DNA of 25,029 nucleotides from an uncultured Verrucomicrobiales bacterium. Its GTDB lineage: Bacteria > Pseudomonadota > Alphaproteobacteria > Paracaedibacterales > UBA11393. Where the stretch lies: the NCBI GenBank assembly GCA_964613645.1, contig CAZTIE010000002.1:1-25029 (forward strand), in the 5' to 3' direction. Position 1 is the stretch's first letter. Every line of letters starts with the position of its first letter. Below are positions 1-9,130 of this stretch, piece after piece. The notes beneath the pieces are model-generated. The model had not been told where the DNA came from. It saw only the letters and a list, made by a program, of their open reading frames with translations, and did not search any database. The position numbers were made by a program, and so were the translations under genes.

Positions 1-131
1 CTGCTTGAGGTGGTTTGAAGCCTACGCTTGAATCGCCGACTACGAAGAGTCTACCTGCCCCCATCTCTTCAAGAGCTTATGCTCTCGTTCTTTAGGTCCC
101 TAAAACCTCCTCCTATTGCTCTATGGCACAC
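1..131 (-). mobile_element. Group II intron, 5' end (start of domain I), second copy; runs off the window start
   Basis: The reverse complement begins GTGTGCCATAGAGCAATAGG at 131. Positions 143-1 align to 15532-15670 with 6 substitutions and one 4-bp indel. GTGYG is the group II intron 5' consensus. Confidence 0.88.
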
Positions 132-143
132 TGCGACAGAACC
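132..143 (-). mobile_element. Outer 12 bp of an IS6-family terminal inverted repeat (intron 5' exon)
   Basis: The minus strand reads GGTTCTGTCGCA, one mismatch from the IS257/IS26-type repeat GGTTCTGTTGCA. It directly abuts the intron GTGTG, and the same 12-mer precedes the other intron copy. Confidence 0.75.
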
Positions 144-396
144 ATATGGAATGCAAAGGAGTTCAGATAGTATATTATTTGATGGCATGGATCTTACTGG
201 TATGATTCCACTGCATGCAAATGAAATATCCGGTAGAGTCAATAAGGAAATTCTCTTACCGCCTCAACGTACTCAACTTTAAATTCAGTTTACACAAGAG
301 GCTTATCAGCAAGCTGTTCTTCGGGTGAGAGAGGATGTTAAAAAACGGAGTCTTAAAATTTTGATGCTTAGAGTAACAAAACCACAGCAGTCTTAA
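144..396 (+). pseudogene. 5'-truncated paralogue of the secreted orphan at 15033-15500, with a premature stop
   Basis: YGMQRSSDSILFDGMDLTGMIPLHANEIS matches YGMQRSPDSVLFDGMDLTGMVPLHADEIS. TAA at 280-282 replaces GAG, and homology continues (IQ...KKRSLKILMLRVTKPQQS) to TAA at 394-396. The 5' half is replaced by the IS6 end. Confidence 0.85.
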
Positions 397-428
397 GTTG
401 TTTGCATGACAAATGCCATAAAATAGGG
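144..428 (+). repeat. Diverged direct repeat, copy 1 (copy 2 at 15269-15533)
   Basis: Alignable by eye from atatggaatgcaaag to aaaataggg, including the non-coding tail tttgcatgacaaatgc. Copy 1 has an extra 21 nt (tttacacaagaggcttatcag). Confidence 0.9.
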
Positions 429-434
429 CACAAT
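406..434 (+). promoter_or_regulatory. Putative sigma70 promoter of alaS
   Basis: ATGACA (406-411), 17-nt spacer, CACAAT (429-434), about 30 nt upstream of the alaS ATG. Confidence 0.4.
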
Positions 435-463
435 AAGATTAAGAATTTTATATTAAATGCAGC

Positions 464-3034
464 ATGCACACCTTATCAGAAATCCGTGACGTCTTTTTAA
501 CTTACTTTCAAAATGCTGATCATACACGTGTATTGTCTAGCCCTGTTATGCCGCAAAATGATCCAACACTTATGTTTACAAATGCGGGTATGGTACCGTT
601 TAAGGATATTTTTACCGGTAAAGATAGGCGTGACTATGTCCGTGCAACATCTGCACAAAAATGTATTCGTGCAGGGGGTAAGCATAATGATCTAGATAAT
701 GTTGGGTATACAGCCCGCCACCACACTTTTTTTGAAATGTTGGGTAATTTTTCTTTCGGCGATTATTTTAAAGAACAGGCTATTCAATTTGCTTGGGATG
801 TTTTGACAAAAGAATTTCAAATTCCGGCAAAACGATTAGTGGTGACGGTTTATGCAGAAGATACTGAATCTGCCCTTATTTGGAAAAAAGTCACAGGGTT
901 TTCTGATGACAAAATTATTAAGATTGCAACAAACGATAATTTTTGGTCTATGGGTGATGTTGGGCCATGCGGACCGTGTACAGAAATTTTTTACGATCAT
1001 GGTGAAGATGTTTTTGGCGGGCTTCCTGGCACAAAGGATGAAGACGGCGATCGCTTTATTGAAATTTGGAATATTGTCTTTATGCAGTATGAACAACTGC
1101 CAGATGGAACACGTATTAACCTAGAAAAACAATCTGTTGATACGGGCATGGGGCTAGAGCGTATCGCTGCTGTGTTACAGGGCGTGCATAATAATTATGA
1201 AATTGATTTATTTCAACACCTGATTCATGCAACACACAGTATTGTCGGCAATAAGGGTGCGCAACAATCGTATAATATTATTGCAGATCACTTGCGAAGT
1301 TGTTCCTTTATGATTGCTGATGGTGTGATGCCGTCTAATGAAGGGCGCGGCTATGTATTGCGCCGCATTATGCGTCGCGCCATGCGCCATGCTCATTTAT
1401 TAGGGGCAAAAAATCCTTTAATGCATCAACTGGTGCCAGCACTTGTATCTACAATGGGTGCTACATATGCAGAGCTACCCCGTGCACAAAGCTTTATAGA
1501 GCAAACTTTTAAGACAGAGGAAGAAAAATTTCGTGAAACGTTAAGTAAAGGGCTTAAATTGTTGGAGGACGCTAAAGGTGATATTCGAAGTAATATCTTA
1601 TCAGGTGATGTTGCTTTTAAGCTTTATGATACGTATGGTTTCCCGCTAGATTTAACGCAAGATATTTTACGTGCAGACAATACCCAGGTTGATATCGATG
1701 GTTTTGATAAGGCCATGTCAGAGCAAAAAGAACGCGCTAGAAAAGCATGGTCTGGCAGCGGTTCAAAAGCTGATGAAGCAATTTATTTTGATATTAAGCA
1801 AAATGTGCCATCAACTGAGTTTTTAGGTTATGCATCCTTAAAGGCAGATGCTTTGATACTGTCTATTATTGTTGACGGTAAAAAAACAGATATAGCAACG
1901 GCTGGCGACACTATTGAAGTGGTGTGTAATCAAACACCCTTTTATGCAGAATCAGGCGGGCAGGTTGGTGATGTTGGTATCATTAAAACGGATACAGCAA
2001 TTATTGAAGTAACGGATTGTATTAAAAAGTTTGGTACGCACTTTATTCATAAAGGTATGGTTAAAACAGGTTCCCTTAAAATAAATGACACATGCCATTT
2101 ATCTGTGGATTCGAACTATCGTGCTCAAGTTGCTGCAAATCATTCGGCAACGCATTTATTGCACGCTGCATTAAGGTCTGTTTTAGGAAAAACGGTTGTG
2201 CAAAAAGGATCTTTGGTGGATGCAAAACGATTACGTTTTGACTTTGCGCATAATCAGGCTGTAACAAATGCTGAAATAGAAAAGATAGAATCTTTAGTAA
2301 ATGCACAAATTTTAAAAAATAAAGACACAGTTACAAAACTGATGACGCCAGATGCTGCGATTAAAGCTGGTGCTATGGCATTATTTGGTGAAAAGTATGA
2401 CGAGGAAGTTCGTGTGGTCTCCATTGGTGGGGTTGATTTTTCAACAGAACTTTGTGGCGGAACTCACGTGCAATCAACAGGCTATATTGGCCTTATCAAA
2501 ATTGTATCAGAAGGAAGTGTTGCATCAGGTGTGCGACGGATAGAGGCTATTACGGGTGCTTCTATTATTGATTATGTAAATAGCATAGGAGTAAAAGCTG
2601 ATAAGCTTGCAAAGCAACTAAAAGAAGAAACGTTGTCAATGCAAAAACAAATTACAAAATTGAAACAAGAACTGGTTATGGCGTCACTTGGATCTGTGGA
2701 TATAGAAGAGGTAGACAATCGTCATGTACATTGGGGTATGAAAAATCTAAAAGATGTACCTGCAAAAGACTTGCGAGCAATAGCAGAACAGATGATTCAA
2801 AAACAAAAGGGCGAATATGTGCTTGTTTTAACTTCCGTTGAAAATGGAAAAGTGAGCTTAATTATTGCTACAAGCAAGGGGGCCCAGCCTAAAATTAATG
2901 CCTCAACCTTAATTAAAAATGCGGTGGAATATCTTGGTGGTAAAGGTGGGGGAGGACGCCCCGATATGGCACAAGGCGGTGGTTCACAACCTGAAAAGGT
3001 GTCAAGTTTACTGCAACATATTATGAAGTTTTGA
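464..3034 (+). CDS. alaS: Alanine--tRNA ligase
   Basis: 856 aa with the motifs DPTLMFTNAGM, RHHTFFEMLGNFSFGDYFK, DTGMGLER, the editing-domain HSATHLLH and ELCGGTHV, and the C-terminal GGGGRPDMAQGGG. Confidence 0.99.
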   Translation: MHTLSEIRDVFLTYFQNADHTRVLSSPVMPQNDPTLMFTNAGMVPFKDIFTGKDRRDYVRATSAQKCIRAGGKHNDLDNVGYTARHHTFFEMLGNFSFGDYFKEQAIQFAWDVLTKEFQIPAKRLVVTVYAEDTESALIWKKVTGFSDDKIIKIATNDNFWSMGDVGPCGPCTEIFYDHGEDVFGGLPGTKDEDGDRFIEIWNIVFMQYEQLPDGTRINLEKQSVDTGMGLERIAAVLQGVHNNYEIDLFQHLIHATHSIVGNKGAQQSYNIIADHLRSCSFMIADGVMPSNEGRGYVLRRIMRRAMRHAHLLGAKNPLMHQLVPALVSTMGATYAELPRAQSFIEQTFKTEEEKFRETLSKGLKLLEDAKGDIRSNILSGDVAFKLYDTYGFPLDLTQDILRADNTQVDIDGFDKAMSEQKERARKAWSGSGSKADEAIYFDIKQNVPSTEFLGYASLKADALILSIIVDGKKTDIATAGDTIEVVCNQTPFYAESGGQVGDVGIIKTDTAIIEVTDCIKKFGTHFIHKGMVKTGSLKINDTCHLSVDSNYRAQVAANHSATHLLHAALRSVLGKTVVQKGSLVDAKRLRFDFAHNQAVTNAEIEKIESLVNAQILKNKDTVTKLMTPDAAIKAGAMALFGEKYDEEVRVVSIGGVDFSTELCGGTHVQSTGYIGLIKIVSEGSVASGVRRIEAITGASIIDYVNSIGVKADKLAKQLKEETLSMQKQITKLKQELVMASLGSVDIEEVDNRHVHWGMKNLKDVPAKDLRAIAEQMIQKQKGEYVLVLTSVENGKVSLIIATSKGAQPKINASTLIKNAVEYLGGKGGGGRPDMAQGGGSQPEKVSSLLQHIMKF

Positions 3035-3059
3035 AAATATTATTAAGAGGAGCGATAAG

Positions 3060-3518
3060 ATGAATATTGGTGACAAACTAGCAAATTTTACAACGCAAAC
3101 ACACGACTATAAAACAGTTACACAAGACAATTTCCAAAAAGGAAAATTTGTTTTTTATTTTTACCCAAAAGATAATACACCTGGGTGCACACAAGAATCA
3201 TGTGATTTTCGTGATAATATGGCATCTTTAAAAAAAATGGGTGTTGAGGTCGTTGGTATATCAAAGGATAGTCCAGAAAAACATGTAAATTTTATGGATA
3301 AGTATCAGTTGCCGTTTACGTTACTCTCAGATGAATCTGGAGAAATGTGTGAAGTTTTTGGCGTTTTTAAAGAAAAATCGATGTTTGGCAAAACCTTTCT
3401 AGGTATAGAAAGAACTACTTTCTACATTGTTGATGGCACTATTAAACACGTATGGCGAAAAGTTTCTGTTCAAACACATGTGCAAGATGTCGTTCAGATT
3501 GTGAATAACCTCAACTAA
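3060..3518 (+). CDS. bcp: Thioredoxin-dependent thiol peroxidase (Bcp/PrxQ peroxiredoxin)
   Basis: FYFYPKDNTPGCTQESCDFRD peroxidatic motif, GIERTTF, and an AGGAG ribosome binding site upstream. Confidence 0.95.
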   Translation: MNIGDKLANFTTQTHDYKTVTQDNFQKGKFVFYFYPKDNTPGCTQESCDFRDNMASLKKMGVEVVGISKDSPEKHVNFMDKYQLPFTLLSDESGEMCEVFGVFKEKSMFGKTFLGIERTTFYIVDGTIKHVWRKVSVQTHVQDVVQIVNNLN

Positions 3519-3534
3519 AAATTCTGTGTGTTTG

Positions 3535-4119
3535 TTAAATCGTTTTCAAATAATTCGCAAATGTGCTACATGTCTTATTTTTAAACGCGCTAAGCCATAA
3601 GCTGTTTGAAATTCTGGTAAGTTGATTGTTTTTAGCTCCGCTGACCTTCGGTTCATCACATCCACCAATGTGTCCTTTATGAATCGTACGAACGGATTCA
3701 ATACCTGCACTCGTTCGCTTAGCTGAGAAAAAATTCTTAAAGCCCAACATTGACCTAACCCGTTTCTTTATAAACCGGTGATCCTGTTCAATAATAATAT
3801 TTAAATATTTGATTTGTCTGATTTCAATTTTATCTTCGGTTGATATGCCCTTATTGAAATAATCTAAAGCGCATTTATTACTTTCGCTCTTGTCCAATGT
3901 CACTTTTTCAGGTCTTTCATTATTCTTGATCGTTTTCTTTAAAAAGGCTTTACCAGCTACTCCGTCACGTTTTGCTCGCAGTAAAAAATCAATGGTGTCA
4001 CCTAAATCACGATAACCAAGTGCAAATTTGAACTTCATGTATACGAACACCAGAATAATGGACGGAGATGAACAAAAACCTTTAAAATGATGTAAATGTG
4101 ATGGTGATACGGTGGTCAT
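3535..4119 (-). pseudogene. IS6-family transposase remnant with an internal in-frame deletion
   Basis: The N-terminus HFKGFCSSPSIIL...GYRDL is fused directly to GDTIDFLLRAKRD, followed by YLNIIIEQDHRFIKKRVRSMLGFKNF. The segment carrying the DETY catalytic aspartate is missing, and the C-terminus appears frameshifted into read-through. Confidence 0.9.
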
Positions 4120-4224
4120 TTATGATAAAAATTATAATAATTTCCTATTTTAGCACATTTTCAAAACTTGCATCAGCAGATGCGACATGTAGCCGTTTTT
4201 TTTAGGAAAAACATATACAATAAC

Positions 4225-4253
4225 TTGAATTTCTAAAAAGAATTAGTTATAGT
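4225..4253 (+). promoter_or_regulatory. Putative promoter of dnaK
   Basis: TTGAAT (4225-4230), 17-nt spacer, TATAGT (4248-4253). The -35 also reads CTTGAA, as in RpoH-type promoters. Confidence 0.6.
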
Positions 4254-4254
4254 A

Positions 4255-4281
4255 TTAGCAGAGTCGTGTGTAGACTGCTAA
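4255..4281 (+). promoter_or_regulatory. CIRCE-like (HrcA) operator
   Basis: TTAGCAGAG-N9-GACTGCTAA against the consensus TTAGCACTC-N9-GAGTGCTAA. It has the exact 27-bp geometry and lies immediately after the -10 box of dnaK. Confidence 0.65.
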
Positions 4282-4324
4282 TCCAGATGCACTCAAAAAT
4301 AAATTAAAAAACTAGGAGATTTTT

Positions 4325-6229
4325 ATGGGAAAAATTATAGGTATTGACCTTGGAACAACAAACTCTTGCGTATCTGTAATGGATGGCGGCAAAGCAATTG
4401 TTATTGAAAATGCAGAAGGTGCAAGAACCACACCTTCAATGGTAGCCGTAACAGAATCTGGGGAAAAACTTGCAGGACAACCAGCAAAACGTCAAGCAGT
4501 TACAAACCCAGAAAATACATTTTTTGCGATTAAACGTTTAATTGGCCGTCGTTTTGATGATCCATTAACCAAGAAAGATATGGACCTTGTTCCTTATAAA
4601 ATTGTTAAATCTGATAACGGTGACGCTTGGGTAGAGGTTCGCGGTGAAAAACAATCGCCAAGCCAAATTAGTGCTAGTATCTTGCAAAAGATGAAAGATA
4701 CAGCAGAAGCATTTTTAGGTCAGAAAGTGACAGAAGCTGTTATTACGGTTCCTGCTTATTTTAATGACTCTCAACGTCAAGCAACAAAAGATGCCGGTAA
4801 AATTGCAGGCCTTGATGTGAAACGTATTATTAACGAACCAACTGCAGCGGCCCTTGCTTATGGTCTAGAAAAAAAAGAAGCCGGTACAATCGTTGTGTAC
4901 GACCTTGGTGGTGGAACATTTGATGTTTCTGTTCTTGAAATTGGGGACGGCGTATTTGAAGTAAAATCCACAAATGGTGATACCTTCCTTGGTGGTGAAG
5001 ATTTTGACATGCGCGTTATTGAATATATTGCAGCTGAATTCAAAAAAGAAAATGGTATTGATTTGTTGAAAGACAAAATGGCTTTGCAACGCTTAAAAGA
5101 AGCAGCGGAAAAGGCTAAAATTGAACTGTCATCTTCACAACAAACTGAAGTCAACTTGCCATTTATTACAGCAGATGCATCTGGTCCAAAGCATTTAAAT
5201 GTAAAAATTACACGCTCAAAACTAGAAGCTTTAGTAGACGATTATATTAAAAGAACCATTGCCCCTTGTGAGGCCGCTTTAAAAGATGCCGGGTTAAAAG
5301 CGTCGGACATTGATGAAGTGATCATGGTCGGTGGCCAAACCCGTATGCCAAAAATCTTTGAAACAGTAAAAGCATTCTTTGGTAAAGAGCCACACCGCGG
5401 TGTAAATCCAGATGAAGTCGTCGCGATCGGTGCTGCTATTCAAGGTGGTGTTTTACAAGGTGACGTGAAAGATGTTGTCCTATTAGATGTAACACCATTA
5501 TCACTTGGTTTGGAAACTCTAGGCGGCGTGTTTACACGTTTAATTGATCGCAATACAACAATTCCAACACGTAAATCACAAACATTTTCAACAGCAGATG
5601 ACAACCAATCTGCAGTTACAATTAAGGTGTTTCAAGGGGAACGTGAAATTGCAGCACACAACAAGTCACTTGGTGAGTTTAACTTAGATGAGATTCCACC
5701 TGCACCGCGTGGTGTGCCACAAATTGAAGTAACATTTGATATTGACGCAAACGGTATCGTTAAAGTTTCTGCAATGGATAAAGCGACAAATAAAAAACAG
5801 CATATTACAATTCAAGCATCTGGTGGTCTATCAGATGAAGATATTAATAAGATGGTGAAAGACGCTGAAGTACATGCAGAAGAAGATAAAAAACGTAAAG
5901 AATTAATTGATGTTAAAAACCAAGCTGATTCTATGATCCATAGCACAGAAAAAAGTTTATCTGAAAATGGTGATAAGATTTCTAAAGAAGAAAAAACAGC
6001 TATTGAAAATGATATTAAAGCATTGAAAGAGTCTTTAGAATCTGAAGATCATGATGTCATTAAGGAAAAACTAGATACATTAATGCAATCATCTATGAAA
6101 CTTGGCGAAGCAATGTATAAAGCGTCACAAGAAAGTGCTGAAGCTGAAAAAACAGCACCAGATACGCAAGGAAATGACAACACAGTAGATGCCGATTATG
6201 TTGATTTAGATGAACAAAAAAAGAGTTAA
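4325..6229 (+). CDS. dnaK: Chaperone DnaK (Hsp70)
   Basis: [34 protein letters not shown] and [10 protein letters not shown] motifs; 634 aa; AGGAG ribosome binding site. Confidence 0.99.
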   Translation: MGKIIGIDLGTTNSCVSVMDGGKAIVIENAEGARTTPSMVAVTESGEKLAGQPAKRQAVTNPENTFFAIKRLIGRRFDDPLTKKDMDLVPYKIVKSDNGDAWVEVRGEKQSPSQISASILQKMKDTAEAFLGQKVTEAVITVPAYFNDSQRQATKDAGKIAGLDVKRIINEPTAAALAYGLEKKEAGTIVVYDLGGGTFDVSVLEIGDGVFEVKSTNGDTFLGGEDFDMRVIEYIAAEFKKENGIDLLKDKMALQRLKEAAEKAKIELSSSQQTEVNLPFITADASGPKHLNVKITRSKLEALVDDYIKRTIAPCEAALKDAGLKASDIDEVIMVGGQTRMPKIFETVKAFFGKEPHRGVNPDEVVAIGAAIQGGVLQGDVKDVVLLDVTPLSLGLETLGGVFTRLIDRNTTIPTRKSQTFSTADDNQSAVTIKVFQGEREIAAHNKSLGEFNLDEIPPAPRGVPQIEVTFDIDANGIVKVSAMDKATNKKQHITIQASGGLSDEDINKMVKDAEVHAEEDKKRKELIDVKNQADSMIHSTEKSLSENGDKISKEEKTAIENDIKALKESLESEDHDVIKEKLDTLMQSSMKLGEAMYKASQESAEAEKTAPDTQGNDNTVDADYVDLDEQKKS

Positions 6230-6249
6230 TAGCTTAAGTTAACAATATT

Positions 6250-6288
6250 AAGGGGCTGCATGCAGTTTGTATGTTTGTCCCTTTTTTT
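6250..6288 (+). terminator. Imperfect hairpin plus T-run between dnaK and dnaJ
   Basis: AAGGGGC...GTCCCTT outer stem, GCATGCA/TGTATGT inner stem with G-U pairs, followed by a T-run to 6288. Confidence 0.55.
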
Positions 6289-6329
6289 ATATCATACATA
6301 AATGGACGAAAATAATAGGTTTAAAAATC

Positions 6330-7502
6330 ATGTCAAAGAAAGACTTCTATCAACTGTTAAATATCAGCAAGACGGCCTCTAAAGATGAAATAAAAAAAGC
6401 ATATCGTAAGAATGCAATGAAATATCATCCTGATCGCAACCCTGACGACAAGGTGGCTGAAGATAAGTTTAGATCAATGACTGAAGCCTATGAAGTTTTA
6501 TCTGATGAACAAAAACGTGCGGCTTACGACCAATATGGACATGCAGCTTTTGTTCAAAATTCAGGTATGGGGGGTGCTGGTGGCTTTGGTGGCTTCCATC
6601 ACGGAGGTGGTGATTTTAATGCTAACGATATTTTTGAAGAAATGTTACGCGGCTTCGGTGGTTTTGGTGGCGGTGGTCAAAATGGCTTTAATTCTGCACC
6701 TGAAAAATTACGTGGTTCAGACATCAGGTATGATCTGGAAATAACACTAGAGCAAGCGTTTGAAGGCATATCAGAAAAAATTAAATTCGTAACAAACGAT
6801 TCATGTAGTGAATGCAAAGGTTCTGGCGGATCTAAAAATTCTAAAACAGTCAACTGTCAAACATGTAAAGGGCACGGGGCTGTGCACTTTCAACAAGGAA
6901 TTTTTACAATGGAGCGCACGTGTCAAACATGTGACGGTCTTGGGAAAACAATTTCTGATCCATGTAAGCCATGTCATGGTCAAGGGCGTGTACGCCAACA
7001 GAAAAATTTAGAGGTGAAAATTCCAGCAGGTGTTGATAACGGTACGCGCATCCGTATGACGGGTGAGGGGGAAGCCGGACTTCGTGGTGGCGGAAAAGGT
7101 GATTTATATGTTTATATCACGGTCAAACCACATAAGTTTTTTAAACGTGCAGAAAAAAACCTATATTGCTCAGTTCCCATTTCGATGGTAACAGCAGCAA
7201 TGGGAGGTAGTATTGATTTGCCTGCTATAGATAGCAAAGCAGTAGCCTTAACGATTCCTGAAGGTACGCAAAGTGGAACGCAGTTGCGCTTGCGCCATAA
7301 AGGTATGTCAGTTATTAAAAGTGTCTATAGAGGCGACTTGATTGTAGAAATCAAGGTTGAGACACCTGTGCATTTAAATCAAAAACAAAAAGATTTATTA
7401 ACGCAGTTTAAAGACCTCGAAAAAGGGAATAGCAATAGCCCGCAATCATCAGGTTTTTTTACAAAAGTTAAAAATTTCTTTGAAGATATAAAAGGTGCTT
7501 AA
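6330..7502 (+). CDS. dnaJ: Chaperone DnaJ
   Basis: J-domain with HPD, a G/F-rich linker and four CxxCxGxG repeats. Start reassigned from the GTG at 6267 to the ATG at 6330 (MSKKDFYQLL). Confidence 0.98.
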   Translation: MSKKDFYQLLNISKTASKDEIKKAYRKNAMKYHPDRNPDDKVAEDKFRSMTEAYEVLSDEQKRAAYDQYGHAAFVQNSGMGGAGGFGGFHHGGGDFNANDIFEEMLRGFGGFGGGGQNGFNSAPEKLRGSDIRYDLEITLEQAFEGISEKIKFVTNDSCSECKGSGGSKNSKTVNCQTCKGHGAVHFQQGIFTMERTCQTCDGLGKTISDPCKPCHGQGRVRQQKNLEVKIPAGVDNGTRIRMTGEGEAGLRGGGKGDLYVYITVKPHKFFKRAEKNLYCSVPISMVTAAMGGSIDLPAIDSKAVALTIPEGTQSGTQLRLRHKGMSVIKSVYRGDLIVEIKVETPVHLNQKQKDLLTQFKDLEKGNSNSPQSSGFFTKVKNFFEDIKGA

Positions 7503-7518
7503 TAAATATATAATGCAT

Positions 7519-7557
7519 GGAGGGGAGAGACTTATAAGTACTCCCCCCCTTTTTTTT
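7519..7557 (+). terminator. Rho-independent terminator of dnaK-dnaJ
   Basis: GGAGGGGAG...CTCCCCCCC stem followed by 8 T, starting 17 nt after the dnaJ stop. Confidence 0.8.
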
Positions 7558-7583
7558 AGCATGATAAGTAAGGGTTGGATTCT

Positions 7584-7613
7584 TTGCAAAATTAAGCTTC
7601 TGTATGTTAGGAT
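7584..7613 (+). promoter_or_regulatory. Putative sigma70 promoter of the glycosylation operon
   Basis: TTGCAA (7584-7589), 18-nt spacer, TAGGAT (7608-7613), with an extended -10 TG at 7605-7606. Confidence 0.4.
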
Positions 7614-7684
7614 AATTCAAGCTATTATTTGGGAGTCTCTCAAATATGGCTTTTTTATAAATTGTAAATCGGAATATTTCTATC

Positions 7685-9130
7685 ATGAAAATAAGTAACA
7701 GAAAGCAAAAATATGTTTCAACTGTTGAAGAAAACATCAAAAAAATAGCAAACTATACTTTTTTCAATAAAACGTTTCGAAAAAATGATAGAAAATTTCA
7801 TCAGTTCTTGGTTGAGCCAGATTTAAATGTCTTGGTCGTTGGTAGCGGGAATGGTGACTTGCTGGCTAGTTTGAACCCCGCTGTTGGTGTTGGAATTGAT
7901 CTTAGTCAAAAAATGGTGGAATCTTCCACAGCAAAATATCCTGCTCTCAATTTTATACATCATGATATCGAAAATAAAATCGATATTTTAAAGCATCCTG
8001 TTGTTGGAAAGCAAAAATTTGATGTGGTTATTTTGTCCGATCAAATTGGGCTTTGTGATGATATTCAAAAAGCATTGGAAAATATTCAAGCCCTTTGTCA
8101 TTCTAATACACGCTTAATTATTTCTTATTATACAAAACATTGGGAATGGTTGTTAAAGCTTGCAGAAACTTTGGGGTTTAAAGTAAAGCAACCTGAGCAA
8201 AATTTACTCTCCACAACAGATATAGAAAAAATCGCAGAACTTTCTGGTTTTGAAATTATTCGTAAAGAATATAAACAGCTTATTCCCTTTCCTCTTTTAG
8301 GATTAGATGTGCTTTTTAATAAATTACTTGGAACGTTACCGGGCTTGAGACGTTTGTGTCTTAGAACTTATGTTGTTGCACGTCCGCATCAAACACATGA
8401 AAATAAACAGTATTCAACAACAGTTGTGATTCCCTGCCGTAATGAAAAAGGGAATATTGAAGCTGCTATTAAACGCCTGCCTAAATTTTGTGAAAATATG
8501 GAAATTATTTATGTTGAAGGCCATAGCCAAGATGGAACGTGGGAAGAAGTGTTGCGTGTTAAAGATGCGTATCCAGATTTAAATATAAAAGCCTTCCAAC
8601 AAACTGGAAAAGGTAAGGCAGATGCTGTTCATTTAGCCTTTTCAAAAGCAACGGGTGATATTTTTATGATCCTGGATGCAGATTTAACAGTGCCACCTGA
8701 ACAGTTGCCAAAATTTTATAAGGTGATTTCTTCAGGACAGGGCGATTTTGTAAATGGTACGCGCCTAATCTACCCTATGGAAGATCAAGCAATGCGATTT
8801 TTAAATTTCTTGGCGAATAAAACTTTTTCTTGGTTGTTTTCATACCTTTTGTCACAGCGTTTTACTGATACACTTTGTGGTACAAAGGTTTTTCTTGGAA
8901 GTGATTATAAGCGTATTATGAAGCAGCGCGAATTTTTTGGAGATTTCGACCCATTTGGCGATTTTGAGCTGATTTTTGGGGCATCAAAACTGAACATGAA
9001 AGTTGTTGAAGTACCAATTCGCTATCAAGCGCGTACATACGGTGAAACACAAATTTCACGTTTTAAACATGGTGTAATTTTATTAAGGATGGTTGTTCAT
9101 GCCTACAAAAAGCTTAAATTTTCAGTCTAA
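7685..9130 (+). CDS. Bifunctional class I SAM-dependent methyltransferase / GT2 glycosyltransferase (DPM1/GtrB-like)
   Basis: N-terminal VLVVGSGNG...GIDLSQKM SAM motif. C-terminal VVIPCRNEKGNI, GHSQDGT, GKGKADAV, ILDADL (DxD), DTLCGTK and EVPIRYQARTYGE. Confidence 0.85.
   Translation: MKISNRKQKYVSTVEENIKKIANYTFFNKTFRKNDRKFHQFLVEPDLNVLVVGSGNGDLLASLNPAVGVGIDLSQKMVESSTAKYPALNFIHHDIENKIDILKHPVVGKQKFDVVILSDQIGLCDDIQKALENIQALCHSNTRLIISYYTKHWEWLLKLAETLGFKVKQPEQNLLSTTDIEKIAELSGFEIIRKEYKQLIPFPLLGLDVLFNKLLGTLPGLRRLCLRTYVVARPHQTHENKQYSTTVVIPCRNEKGNIEAAIKRLPKFCENMEIIYVEGHSQDGTWEEVLRVKDAYPDLNIKAFQQTGKGKADAVHLAFSKATGDIFMILDADLTVPPEQLPKFYKVISSGQGDFVNGTRLIYPMEDQAMRFLNFLANKTFSWLFSYLLSQRFTDTLCGTKVFLGSDYKRIMKQREFFGDFDPFGDFELIFGASKLNMKVVEVPIRYQARTYGETQISRFKHGVILLRMVVHAYKKLKFSV

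Noticed and set aside
28-282. 84-aa ORF in the track
   Set aside because: It is a chimera of antisense intron sequence, the IS6 end and the pseudogene fragment; only the part after 144 is protein-derived.
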